Shown one piece after another: positions 47,466 to 56,557 of a DNA stretch of 56,557 nt; the stretch's first letter is position 1; the number at the start of each line of letters is the position of its first letter. Origin of the DNA: an uncultured archaeon (GTDB lineage Archaea > Asgardarchaeota > Thorarchaeia > Thorarchaeales > Thorarchaeaceae); assembly GCA_964473825.1 (NCBI GenBank), contig CAYYQL010000017.1, positions 1-56,557 on the forward strand, given 5' to 3'. Below the pieces are notes generated by a model. It was not told where the DNA came from. It ran no database searches and worked only from the letters and a program-made list of their open reading frames with translations. The position numbers and the translations under genes are program-made.

Positions 47466-48292
47466 AATTGAATATTGAGAGCCACATTGGAAGCCCGCGC
47501 TCGGTGAAACTGAAAAGGGTAGTGAGCGAGAATGAAAAAGTCAGAACACTATTGTTCGAAGAGCCCTCGGCAGGGTGCTCTATTGCGCCTGGCCAGTTCT
47601 TGATGATTTGGGTTCCGGGTTTAGATGAGATACCGATGAGTATATCCCACTGGGAGCCCCCCATACTTGGATTCACGGTAGCACCCGTTGGTGACAGCAC
47701 CGTAGCATTGTCTCACAAGAAAGAGGGAGATTGGATAGGAGTTAGAGGGCCCTTTGGACAGCCCTTTCATATCAAGAACTTGGATGCTCTAGTAGTAGGC
47801 GGAGGGATTGGGGCAGGACCACTTCGACCATTGGTCTACAAGCTTGTGAAACAGCGGACTCATGTGACTTTACTTCTTGCGGGAAGGACGGCAGATGATT
47901 TGATATTTGTGGAGGAATTCGAGAGACTTGCAGGTCATGGATTGACTCTGGAGCTTGCAACGGATGATGGTTCAGCAGGCTTTCAAGGGTTAGCAGATAT
48001 CTTCACCGAAACTCTCTGTGATAGATGCAAACCAGAGATTATCTATACTTGCGGTCCAGAGTTGATGATGCGCAAGTTGACAGAGATTGCACATGAGAGG
48101 GATATCGAGATTCAGGCATCACTCGAGCGGTTCATGAAATGCGGTTGTGGAATCTGTGGTACATGTGCGATGGATCCGGACGGTTGTTTGGTTTGTCTGG
48201 ACGGACCTGTATTCATGGGGGAGAAACTGAGAGAACTGACAGAGTTCGGAGAGTATCACCGAGATTCAACTGGAGTAAGAAAAGAGTATTAG
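47462..48292 (+). CDS. pyrK: Dihydroorotate dehydrogenase electron transfer subunit
   Basis: PGQF.M.W, RGP.G, CGP..MM, ERFMKCGCG.CG.C, C.DGPVF. Confidence 0.95.
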   Translation: MKLNIESHIGSPRSVKLKRVVSENEKVRTLLFEEPSAGCSIAPGQFLMIWVPGLDEIPMSISHWEPPILGFTVAPVGDSTVALSHKKEGDWIGVRGPFGQPFHIKNLDALVVGGGIGAGPLRPLVYKLVKQRTHVTLLLAGRTADDLIFVEEFERLAGHGLTLELATDDGSAGFQGLADIFTETLCDRCKPEIIYTCGPELMMRKLTEIAHERDIEIQASLERFMKCGCGICGTCAMDPDGCLVCLDGPVFMGEKLRELTEFGEYHRDSTGVRKEY

Positions 48293-48339
48293 AGAGAACC
48301 AAGCCTCAAGAAGCAAGACTTGGGTTCTTAGAAAGTGGA

Positions 48340-48501
48340 CTAGCCACGTACGCCAACGGTGCGTCCCTTTATGACGCGCTTTACGTAGTTTTTCTTGTTG
48401 CGAACACGTGGAATCGGGCTGTGACGTTCGCGACCTTGAACCTTTGGGGTCTGCTCACGAACTTTTCCCGCCTTTGTAAGAGAACCGTGTGAACCAGGCA
48501 T
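48340..48501 (-). CDS. rps30e: 30S ribosomal protein eS30
   Basis: [53 protein letters not shown] after a GAGGAG SD; not in the ORF track. Confidence 0.95.
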   Translation of the reverse strand: MPGSHGSLTKAGKVREQTPKVQGRERHSPIPRVRNKKNYVKRVIKGRTVGVRG

Positions 48502-48635
48502 TTGTTATCTCCTCTTGTCTATCTTCAGTCTTGAAAGTGGTCATAAAAAGGTATCCAATGAGCAACATAGTTGACAATGATTCGTCATTGACCGTATGGT
48601 ACATATCAGCTTGTATCAGAGTACAGCTTGATATC

Positions 48636-50234
48636 ATGCCAACCACTGAGAAATACAGGCTTCATAGAGATATAATCGATGCACTACTAGAAACGGAAGA
48701 CACTCTGAACAGACAAAGAGTCAACAGAATCAAGAATAAGATATGCGGAGAGCATGCTTCAGGTAGAGTGCCATCGAATGCAGATGTATTGCAGGACGCA
48801 ACTCCCGAGGAGAGAAACCTTCTGCAACCATTCTTGCAGAAAAGGCCGGTTAGGACAATCTCAGGCGTAGCAGTGGTTGCGGTGATGACGGAACCTTGGA
48901 GATGCCCACACGGGAGTTGTGCCTACTGCCCTGGTGGCCCTGAGATGGGAGTTCCACAGAGCTACACTGGTCACGAACCTGCAACAATGAGAGGACTAGA
49001 GCATGGTTTTGACCCCCATAGTCAGGTACAGAGTCGTCTCAACCAGCTCAGGGCAATAGGACATTCGGTCCAGAAAGTAGAATTGATTGTCATGGGGGGA
49101 GATTGGTGTTCTAAGGATTCCAACTATCGAGAGTGTTTTGTGAAACGTTGCTTTGATGCAATGAACGGTACTGCCAGTTCAGATTTGGAAGAAGCCAAGA
49201 CAATCAACGAAACGGCTGATGTCAGAAATGTTGGTCTGACCTTTGAAACTAGGCCGGATTTCGTCACAACGGACAGTATAGACCAGATGCTTGCAATGGG
49301 AGGTACTAGAGTTGAGATTGGCGTGCAGACACTATCAGATGAGATTCTGGAAAGGGTACAAAGAGGTCACGACGTGGAAGCGACTGTCCGTGCAACAAAG
49401 CTGCTTCGCGACAGCGGTCTGAAGATCTGTTATCATATGATGCCCGGTCTCCCCGGTAGTACCATAGAGCGCGATCTGAATACCTTTGAACAATTGTTTG
49501 ATGACGATAGATTTCGTCCTGATATGCTTAAGATATACCCAACAATTGTTGTCAAAAACACGGATCTATATGATTGGTGGAAGGAGGGCAAATACCAGCC
49601 CTATAGAGCAGAAGAGATTGTGGAGCTCATTGCTCAGGCTGTCAGCAAGATGCCTGAGTATGTAAGAATCCAACGAATGCAGAGAGACATTCCTCTTCAT
49701 CAGATAGAAGCGGGCCTAGACAAGGGGAATCTGAGAGAGCTTGTTCAAGAGAGGATGAAGAGGCAAATGCTCAGGAATCCAACAATAAGATTTCGCGAGA
49801 TTGGCCATTTTCAAATGAGAGAAGAGGTCGAAATAACCCCCGAGGATATCAAGCTTGTTCGGCGCGAATACCAAGCAGGGGACGGATTAGAGATATTTCT
49901 TTCTTCTGAAGTACCTAGCCTAGACGTCATCGTAGGATTCCTCAGACTTCGAATACCAGGTGATGAAGCTCACCGACCAGAGATTAGACGGTCTCCGTGT
50001 GCCATGATACGGGAATTGAGAGTCTATGGACCCGTAGTTGACCTCGGAGAGAGCGATGTTGATGCGTGGCAACACTCAGGCATAGGAGAAGAACTGGTCA
50101 CCGAAGCCAGTAGAATATGTCGCGAGGATTTGGACATGACCAGGATAATGGTGAATAGTGGTGTCGGTGTCAAGGAATACTATCGCGGTATTGGTTTTAC
50201 TGACAGAGGGCCCTATCTCGAGAGAATCTTATAG
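48636..50234 (+). CDS. elp3: tRNA uridine(34) acetyltransferase Elp3
   Basis: KRPVRTISGVAVVAVM, CPHG.C.YCPGG, PQSYTG.EPA, ETRPD, RELRVYG; true start ATG 48636. Confidence 0.96.
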   Translation: MPTTEKYRLHRDIIDALLETEDTLNRQRVNRIKNKICGEHASGRVPSNADVLQDATPEERNLLQPFLQKRPVRTISGVAVVAVMTEPWRCPHGSCAYCPGGPEMGVPQSYTGHEPATMRGLEHGFDPHSQVQSRLNQLRAIGHSVQKVELIVMGGDWCSKDSNYRECFVKRCFDAMNGTASSDLEEAKTINETADVRNVGLTFETRPDFVTTDSIDQMLAMGGTRVEIGVQTLSDEILERVQRGHDVEATVRATKLLRDSGLKICYHMMPGLPGSTIERDLNTFEQLFDDDRFRPDMLKIYPTIVVKNTDLYDWWKEGKYQPYRAEEIVELIAQAVSKMPEYVRIQRMQRDIPLHQIEAGLDKGNLRELVQERMKRQMLRNPTIRFREIGHFQMREEVEITPEDIKLVRREYQAGDGLEIFLSSEVPSLDVIVGFLRLRIPGDEAHRPEIRRSPCAMIRELRVYGPVVDLGESDVDAWQHSGIGEELVTEASRICREDLDMTRIMVNSGVGVKEYYRGIGFTDRGPYLERIL

Positions 50235-50257
50235 TTATTTGATATAGAATGGAAAAA

Positions 50258-50345
50258 TGGCGCCGAGGATGAGATTTGAACTCATGAGTGCATAGCACAC
50301 TGGTTTTCAAGACCAGCGCCGTTGTCCGGGCTTGGCTACCTCGGC
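50258..50345 (-). tRNA. tRNA-Ser(TGA)
   Basis: GCCGAGG/CCTCGGC acceptor, CTGGT-CTTGAAA-ACCAG arm, long variable arm, G73, CCA. Confidence 0.95.
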
Positions 50346-50439
50346 TCGTCTTCTCTGGCGGGTGACAGCCCGATGTAACTCAACGATTTGGAATTCCTTT
50401 TAAGCTTCGTGGAGTGCAGCTTCTGATGGATGAGTCAAA

Positions 50440-50871
50440 GTGAGTCGCGGGTATGAATTCCACGGTCATACTGCAGATATTACCATTGAATGCTGGGGCC
50501 AATCCTTAGAGGATGCTTTTGAAGAAGCGGCTGTGGCTACATTCAATGTGATACTAGATCCGTCAACGGTTGATGTGCATGACAGGGTGGTGGTTGAGGT
50601 GGAAGGAATCGACCTTCCTGAACTCCTTGTTGAATGGATTGGTGAGCTCATTGCCCTGATTGACATCAGGCGTCAGTTCTACTCGGAAGTCGATGTTGAA
50701 TATATCAAAAACACAGAGGAAGGGTATAGGTTAAGGGGCAAGATTGGGGGAGAGAACATAGACTTGGAAAAGCACCAAACACATACCGAGGTAAAGGCAA
50801 TGACCTATGCAGACATGAAAGTCATTCAAGAGAATGACAGAGTCGAGCTGACTTTCACCCTAGATATCTAG
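50440..50871 (+). CDS. Archease
   Basis: YEF..HTAD, G..LE.AF, EVKAMTY, TLDI. Confidence 0.95.
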   Translation: MSRGYEFHGHTADITIECWGQSLEDAFEEAAVATFNVILDPSTVDVHDRVVVEVEGIDLPELLVEWIGELIALIDIRRQFYSEVDVEYIKNTEEGYRLRGKIGGENIDLEKHQTHTEVKAMTYADMKVIQENDRVELTFTLDI

Positions 50872-50882
50872 AGAGGACTAAG

Positions 50883-51743
50883 ATGGGACTGAGTGTTGCA
50901 ATACCAGATACCTCTATTGAGGACTGTCCTGACCTGAGACAGAAGACAGTCAAGCTGGGTCATCTTGCAAGAGTTTTTGCTGTTTTCAAGGTTGAAAAGG
51001 TATTCATCTACGTGACACAACCACACAACCCCCAAGTGAAACGCGATCGAGATTTGACTATGAAGATTCTCAAGTATATGGATACTCCTCAGTACTTGAG
51101 GAAGCGCATCTTTCCACGTTCTTCATCCTTGAGGTATGTGGGGGTCCTTCCGCCATTACGAACGCGAAGCCATCCTCTACAAATCCAAGCCGAGAAGCTA
51201 GAGATGGGGGATATTCGGTGGGGGGTACTAGATCGTGGAGAACAGGTGGATATTGGTCTTAGTAGATTGGCTCAGTGCCACTCTAGATTGCAGGAGCGAA
51301 TCCCCTATCTCTTTAGAGTCACAGATGTTCACCCGAACTTGCAGGTGGATGTGATAGAAAGGGATGAGGTTGGAATCTATTGGGGATTTGAGGTAGAGGA
51401 GATTCCCAGTCTCCCAGAATATCTGGCCAATAGGCATGGATGCACAAGGGTGATATTCTCAAGGAACGGAGCCCCCTTTAACCGGATAGAGAGTACCCTG
51501 AAGGCGACGATTTCGGGAACACATGATCTCCTAGCGTTATTCGGCGGACCCAGTGAAGGAGTAGCAGAGATATTCCGTCCTGAGATAGAGCATCTGAAGG
51601 CAAATGTGGAATTCTGGATAAACTCGATACCCGGGCAAGGTACTGAAACCGTGAGACTTGAAGAGGCAATCAATGTGAGTCTCGGCCTACTGAATATCTC
51701 TATTGGGAATCTCGTCACCCGCCCAGGGTTCTATGAAACCTGA
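50883..51743 (+). CDS. SPOUT RNA methyltransferase (DUF171/SPOUT1 family)
   Basis: SVAIPD, K.G.LAR...VF.V, TPQYLRK, PPLRT..H, PGQGTETVRLEEA. Confidence 0.92.
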   Translation: MGLSVAIPDTSIEDCPDLRQKTVKLGHLARVFAVFKVEKVFIYVTQPHNPQVKRDRDLTMKILKYMDTPQYLRKRIFPRSSSLRYVGVLPPLRTRSHPLQIQAEKLEMGDIRWGVLDRGEQVDIGLSRLAQCHSRLQERIPYLFRVTDVHPNLQVDVIERDEVGIYWGFEVEEIPSLPEYLANRHGCTRVIFSRNGAPFNRIESTLKATISGTHDLLALFGGPSEGVAEIFRPEIEHLKANVEFWINSIPGQGTETVRLEEAINVSLGLLNISIGNLVTRPGFYET

Positions 51744-51895
51744 AACGATATGGCTATATTCTTAGCGAGATTGATTCATGTTGTGCAGAATTGAGTCCTT
51801 CAACTGCAGATATCCTGAGAGGACTATTTGAAAAGCCGGTTGCACTGATTTGCAGCTTGAAAACTCGTGAGACTCAGGCGCGAGAGGTAGACCAA

Positions 51896-54262
51896 ATGCT
51901 TTCGGACAGAGTCAGAGAACTGAGAAGAGTAAGCGTGGAAACCGTGCCGTACATCTCCACAGAGAGAGCAGAACTGCTAACTGAGTTCTACAATTCGGGA
52001 ATGGCAGAGAATCTCTCAAAACCTGTCGAGCGAGCGATGGCATTCAAATATATCATGGAAAACAAGGAGATCTGCATCAACAAGGGAGAACTCATAGTTG
52101 GAGAAAGAGGTCCCGCGCCACGAGCGACACCAACCTATCCCGAGCTCTGTTGTCATTCAATCAAAGATTTGAGAGTGGCAAATACAAGAAGTCGGTCACG
52201 ATTTATTGTTACAAATGAAACCGAGTGTGTCTACAAGGAAACTGTGATACCATTCTGGAAAGGCAAAACGATGCGTGAACGTGTCTTTGATGCGATGTCA
52301 GAAGAATGGAAAGATGCCTTCCACGCAGGGGTATTCACCGAATTCATGGAGCAAAGAGCACCAGGACACGCAATACTGGATGATAAGATCTATGTGAATG
52401 GTCTGAGAAACTTCCAGGATCGCATCACACATCAGCTGGACAGACTGGATTTCTACGAGGATTCTGAAGCCTATTCCAAGCAACAACAACTGAGGGCCAT
52501 GCATATTGCAGCTGAGGCAGTCATTGTCTTTGCTGAGCGTCATGCAGACCTGGCAGCTAGACTGGCAGCAAAGGAAACGAATAGGAAAAGAAGAGATGAA
52601 CTCGAACAGATAGCTGAAGTATGTTCATGGGTTCCGGCTAACCCACCTCGCACCTTCTGGGAGGCGCTTCAGATGTATTGGTTTGTCCATCTGGGGGTCA
52701 TCACTGAATTGAATGTTTGGGACTCGTTCAACCCCGGTCGTATAGACCAGAATCTCAATCGTTTTCTTAATAGTGATCTCAGAGAGAAGAGGATTAAGGT
52801 TGCCGAGGCGAGAGAACTCCTATGCTGTTTATGGATTAAGTTCAACAATCAGCCTGCTCCACCCAAAGTGGATGTTACGGAAGAGCAGAGTGGAACATAT
52901 CAAGACTTTGCGTTGATCAACATCGGTGGTGTTGACTCAAGAGGGGACGATGGCGTTAACGAGTTATCACACTTAGTCCTTAAGGTTATGAATGAAATGC
53001 GACTGATACAGCCTAGCGTGTGTATACAACTCAGTACGAAGAACCCAGATAGCTTCCTGCTTGATGCAATTGATGTGATTAAGGAGGGATTCGGTCAACC
53101 GTCGGTATTCAACACCGATGTAATCATCCAAGAATTCTTACGAGCAGGGAAGACGATTGAAGATGCCCGCGCGGGAGGACCGAGTGGCTGCGTGACAATC
53201 AGTGCATTTGGAAAGGAAAGCTGCATTCTCACTGGTTACTGTAATTGGCCCAAGATCTTGGAGATTACACTGAACAATGGTATTGACCCTAAAACGAAGA
53301 AAAGACTAGGACCCGAAACTGGTGACCCGCGCTCATTCACTTCCTTCGAACAACTCATGAACGCCTACCGAGTGCAACTCGAGCATTTCATTGATATCAA
53401 GATTAAGGGGAACAATGTTATCGAACGCCTGTACGCAGAGTACATGCCTGCCCCGTTTCTGTCACTTCTCTTCGATGATTGTATTGACAGAGGAAAAGAC
53501 TATCATGATGGCGGACCACGATACAATTCAACTTACATCCAAGGCGTTGGATTGGGGACGCTTACAGATTCGTTGACGGCCATCAATTATGCTGTGTTTG
53601 ACAAGGAACTCCTGAGTATGGATGAACTGCTCCAAGCGCTTAGCACTGACTTTGAAGGTCTAGAAGATGTCAGATTGCAGCTGTCGAATAGAGCTCCCAA
53701 GTATGGGAATGACGACGACTATGCGGATATGCTTGCCAAAGATGTCTTTGAGGCCTACTTCAATGTTGTAGATGGTAGGCCAAACACCAAAGGTGGGCAG
53801 TATCGAGTCAATCTCCTGCCAACAACGGTTCACATCTACTTCGGTCGGGTGACTGGGGCAACACCAAACGGAAGAAAAGCAGGCCTTCCTCTCTCAGACG
53901 GAATATCTCCAAGCCCAGGTGCAGACAGGAAAGGGCCAACTGCAGTAATGAAGTCAGTGGCAAAGATTGATCACGTAAGAACAGGTGGGACGCTGCTCAA
54001 TCAGAAACTCATGCCATCCTTGTTGGAAAGGGAAGAAGGAAAGACAAAGCTGGGTCAGTTAATTAGAACGTACTTCCGTCTAGGGGGACATCATGTGCAA
54101 TTCAACATAATAGAAACAGAAACACTGTTGGAGGCGCAACGCAATCCCGAACAACATAGAGATTTGATTGTTCGAGTTGCGGGCTACAGTGACTACTTTG
54201 TGGATGTGGGAAGGGAATTACAGGACGAAATCATCGCACGCACACTGCACGACAGGATATAG
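51896..54262 (+). CDS. Glycyl radical enzyme, trans-4-hydroxy-L-proline dehydratase (HypD)-like variant
   Basis: FTEFMEQRAPGH, WDSFNPGR, SGTYQDF, SGCV, LPTTVH, RVAGYS glycyl loop; start at ATG after GAGGT. Confidence 0.85.
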   Translation: MLSDRVRELRRVSVETVPYISTERAELLTEFYNSGMAENLSKPVERAMAFKYIMENKEICINKGELIVGERGPAPRATPTYPELCCHSIKDLRVANTRSRSRFIVTNETECVYKETVIPFWKGKTMRERVFDAMSEEWKDAFHAGVFTEFMEQRAPGHAILDDKIYVNGLRNFQDRITHQLDRLDFYEDSEAYSKQQQLRAMHIAAEAVIVFAERHADLAARLAAKETNRKRRDELEQIAEVCSWVPANPPRTFWEALQMYWFVHLGVITELNVWDSFNPGRIDQNLNRFLNSDLREKRIKVAEARELLCCLWIKFNNQPAPPKVDVTEEQSGTYQDFALINIGGVDSRGDDGVNELSHLVLKVMNEMRLIQPSVCIQLSTKNPDSFLLDAIDVIKEGFGQPSVFNTDVIIQEFLRAGKTIEDARAGGPSGCVTISAFGKESCILTGYCNWPKILEITLNNGIDPKTKKRLGPETGDPRSFTSFEQLMNAYRVQLEHFIDIKIKGNNVIERLYAEYMPAPFLSLLFDDCIDRGKDYHDGGPRYNSTYIQGVGLGTLTDSLTAINYAVFDKELLSMDELLQALSTDFEGLEDVRLQLSNRAPKYGNDDDYADMLAKDVFEAYFNVVDGRPNTKGGQYRVNLLPTTVHIYFGRVTGATPNGRKAGLPLSDGISPSPGADRKGPTAVMKSVAKIDHVRTGGTLLNQKLMPSLLEREEGKTKLGQLIRTYFRLGGHHVQFNIIETETLLEAQRNPEQHRDLIVRVAGYSDYFVDVGRELQDEIIARTLHDRI

Positions 54263-54308
54263 CGTGGATTAGGCTGCCAGAAGGGAAGCTTAAAAAGCGG
54301 ACCTCCAA

Positions 54309-54360
54309 GTTGTCGGCTCTAGTAGTACGAATAGCCCAGTACAGAGGCCGTACGGTACAA
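54309..54360 (+). promoter_or_regulatory. Structured leader of the uL3 (S10-like) operon
   Basis: TTGT-CGGCTCT-AGTA-GTAC-GAATAGCCCA-GTAC-AGAGGCCG-...-ACAA stem-loop. Confidence 0.5.
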
Positions 54361-54379
54361 CCATTACAAGGTGTTCAAA

Positions 54380-55390
54380 ATGGCACATAGAAAGAAGCAT
54401 GCACCGAGGCGTGGCAGTCTTGCATATCTGCCACGAGGTCGAGCTTCTAAGTTTGTACCCCGAATCAAGAATTGGCCAGAACTGTCTGATGACTCGGCTG
54501 CAAAACTACTAGGCTTCGCCGGTTACAAAGCCGGCATGACACATGCAGTGATCACTGTCGCAAACCCTGATAGTCCCTTCAAGGGTCAGGAAACGGTGAT
54601 ACCTGTTACGGTGATTGATACCCCGCCCATACGTCCATTCTCAATTAGAGGATACAAGGAAACTGAATACGGGCTTAGGCTGGTTGCAGAAGTGTTGGCA
54701 GAGAACCTGTCGGATGATCTTCGCAAGGCCATGCCATTGCCCAAGGGGTACGACCACGAAGCCAAGTTAGGAGAGTTTGAGGACCTCCTCGACTCACTTG
54801 CCGAGATTCGGATGTTGATACACACTCAGCCAAGACTTGCCGGAGTACCAAAAAAGAAGCCAGACATTATGGAATATAAGGTCGGGGCCTCCGCCATGCA
54901 GGAGGCCTACGAGTATGCAAAAGGCATACTTGGCAAGGACCTTCGTGTCGCAGACATACTGGAAGAAGGAATACTGGTCGACACTGTCGCGGTGACCAAA
55001 GGTCACGGCTTTCAGGGCCCAGTACGCCGATGGGGAATCAGAATACTTCAACACAAATCCAGGAAGACCAAACGAGGGGTTGGGTGTATTGGGCCTTGGT
55101 CGCCGAGCAATATCCGTTATACAGTCCCACGACCAGGTCAAACAGGATTCCATACACGAGTGAACTTCAATAATAATGTCATAAAGCTGGGAGAGCGTGG
55201 TGAAGAAATCACTCCAGAGGGAGGATTTGTGAACTATGGGATTATCCGTGGCGACTACGTCATGGTGAAAGGCTCTATTCCTGGTCCTGTCAAGAGACCT
55301 GTAAGGTTGAGATTCGCCATGCGTCCATCGAAGGGTCATACTGGCGAACCGATTCAAGTGAACTACGTCAGTACTTCGTCGAAGCAATAA
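54380..55390 (+). CDS. rpl3: 50S ribosomal protein uL3
   Basis: PRRGSL..PR.RA, GFAGYKAGMTH, TKG.GFQGPV.RWG. Confidence 0.97.
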   Translation: MAHRKKHAPRRGSLAYLPRGRASKFVPRIKNWPELSDDSAAKLLGFAGYKAGMTHAVITVANPDSPFKGQETVIPVTVIDTPPIRPFSIRGYKETEYGLRLVAEVLAENLSDDLRKAMPLPKGYDHEAKLGEFEDLLDSLAEIRMLIHTQPRLAGVPKKKPDIMEYKVGASAMQEAYEYAKGILGKDLRVADILEEGILVDTVAVTKGHGFQGPVRRWGIRILQHKSRKTKRGVGCIGPWSPSNIRYTVPRPGQTGFHTRVNFNNNVIKLGERGEEITPEGGFVNYGIIRGDYVMVKGSIPGPVKRPVRLRFAMRPSKGHTGEPIQVNYVSTSSKQ

Positions 55391-55405
55391 GGAAGTGGAT
55401 TATCA

Positions 55406-56194
55406 ATGGCAAGTGTAAAGACATATTCATTGAAAGGTAAGGCTGGTAAGAAGATTGACCTTCCAATCCAGTTCCAGACAGCCTATCGACCAGATGTGAT
55501 TAAGAGAGCTGTACTTGCTCTCAGGTCCAACAGATATCAACCACACGGAGTAGACGAATTGGCCGGCAAGCGAAACACAGCAGAGAGCTGGGGAGTAGGC
55601 CACGGTCGTTCACGAATTGCGAGGATAAAAGGTAGTGGGACAAGTGCTGCAAACAAAGGCGGATTCGCGCCGGGTACGGTTGGAGGAAGAGTTGCTCATC
55701 CTCCAGAGGCACGGAAGGTTCTGGTTGAAAGGATCAACGCGAAAGAGCGCAGATTAGCAATCAGGTCAGCAATTGCAGCAAGCGCAAACGCGGAAACCGT
55801 AAGACAAAGAGGTCATAGGATTGATTCGATACCTGAGTTTCCCCTTGTTGTGAGTGATGAGTTGCAGACTCTTACTACTACAAAGCAAGTCCAAGAAATG
55901 GCAAATGCTCTGGGCCTTGAGCATGACCTTGAACGTGCCGCTCAAGGGCGCAGTATAAGAGCAGGTAAAGGGAAGATGCGGGGACGGAAGATGAAGACTC
56001 CGAAGTCATTATTGATAGTTGTCGGCGCAGATCTTGGCATAGGAAGAGCAGCCCGCAATCTACCAGGAGTGGATATTGTAGAGGTCAATGGTCTTAATGC
56101 AGAATTGCTTGCACCTGGTACACATCCAGGCAGACTGGTTCTATGGACTCAGTCGGCCATTGAACGTCTAGAGAAAGAGGAGCTTTTTCTTTGA
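55406..56194 (+). CDS. rpl4: 50S ribosomal protein uL4
   Basis: RPDVI.RA, AESWG.G.G, RAGKGKMRGR, LAPG..PGRL. Confidence 0.97.
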   Translation: MASVKTYSLKGKAGKKIDLPIQFQTAYRPDVIKRAVLALRSNRYQPHGVDELAGKRNTAESWGVGHGRSRIARIKGSGTSAANKGGFAPGTVGGRVAHPPEARKVLVERINAKERRLAIRSAIAASANAETVRQRGHRIDSIPEFPLVVSDELQTLTTTKQVQEMANALGLEHDLERAAQGRSIRAGKGKMRGRKMKTPKSLLIVVGADLGIGRAARNLPGVDIVEVNGLNAELLAPGTHPGRLVLWTQSAIERLEKEELFL

Positions 56195-56205
56195 GGTGAT
56201 ATGAG

Positions 56206-56472
56206 ATGATGCGAGACCCAAATCTAATCATACTCGAGCCCGTGATTACCGAGGCAAGCCTCGAGGCAGTGGACAGTCACAACAAGCTCACTTTCTTTGT
56301 CGAACGAAGAGCCAATAAGAATGTCATCAGATGGGCAGTTGAAACCCTCTATGAGGTTGTAGTGGTTAAGGTCAACACTTTGATCATGCCCGACGGCAGA
56401 AAGAAAGCACTGGTACGGCTGGCTCCAGAGTACAGTGCAGCTGAAGTGGCGACTCAGCTAGGAATATTCTAA
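56206..56472 (+). CDS. rpl23: 50S ribosomal protein uL23
   Basis: P.ITE, NKLTF.V, KVNTLI...G.KKA.V.L. Confidence 0.96.
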   Translation: MMRDPNLIILEPVITEASLEAVDSHNKLTFFVERRANKNVIRWAVETLYEVVVVKVNTLIMPDGRKKALVRLAPEYSAAEVATQLGIF

Positions 56473-56484
56473 GGAGGTGCAAGA

Positions 56485-56557
56485 ATGGGCAAGCGTATAC
56501 TGGTTCAAAGAAAGGGAAGAGGAACCGCACAATTCAAGAGTCCGAGTCATAAGAAAC
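56485..56557 (+). CDS. rpl2: 50S ribosomal protein uL2 (partial, runs off window end)
   Basis: MGKRILVQRKGRGTAQFKSPSHKK after GGAGGTG. Confidence 0.93.
   Translation, partial: MGKRILVQRKGRGTAQFKSPSHKK

Noticed and set aside
50258-50345. Long-variable-arm tRNA as tRNA-Sec
   Set aside because: The anticodon is TGA (Ser), not TCA, with a normal 7-bp acceptor stem.

Overview
Core-genome window of an archaeon, most likely an Asgard lineage (Thorarchaeia-like; inferred from gene content such as eS30, DUF1512, Elp3 and a HypD-like glycyl radical enzyme, not from a search). The left ~10 kb is accessory: a DtxR-regulated Feo iron-uptake cassette with a split FeoB, bracketed by remnants of an IS200/IS605 (tnpB) element, then an orphan mvhD, a divergent serpin and an orphan DNA methyltransferase. 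The rest is mostly conserved informational machinery: Pop5/Rpp30/eL15, eS6-aIF2gamma-PIN-rpoE1-spt4-eS24-eS31, TtuA, pelota, DnaG, two MetAPs, RNase HII, Nop5/fibrillarin, pyrDK, eS30, Elp3, archease, and uL3-uL4-uL23-uL2. RNA genes are a solitary 5S rRNA, tRNA-iMet (one intron), tRNA-Trp (two introns) and tRNA-Ser. Top leads: (1) an unannotated ~365-nt rod-shaped RNA (36377-36740) that resembles SRP RNA in helix 5 but lacks the canonical SRP54-binding helix 8, divergent from dnaG; (2) dnaG and rpoE1 apparently initiate at ATA and ATT behind structured leaders; (3) a protease-less Lon-type AAA+ ATPase with an aromatic C-terminal tail directly upstream of pelota; (4) a minimal serpin; (5) a HypD homologue with CxT in place of the catalytic CxE; (6) tnpB right-end hairpin repeats flanking the feo cassette. 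All RNA structures were folded by eye and need computational confirmation.
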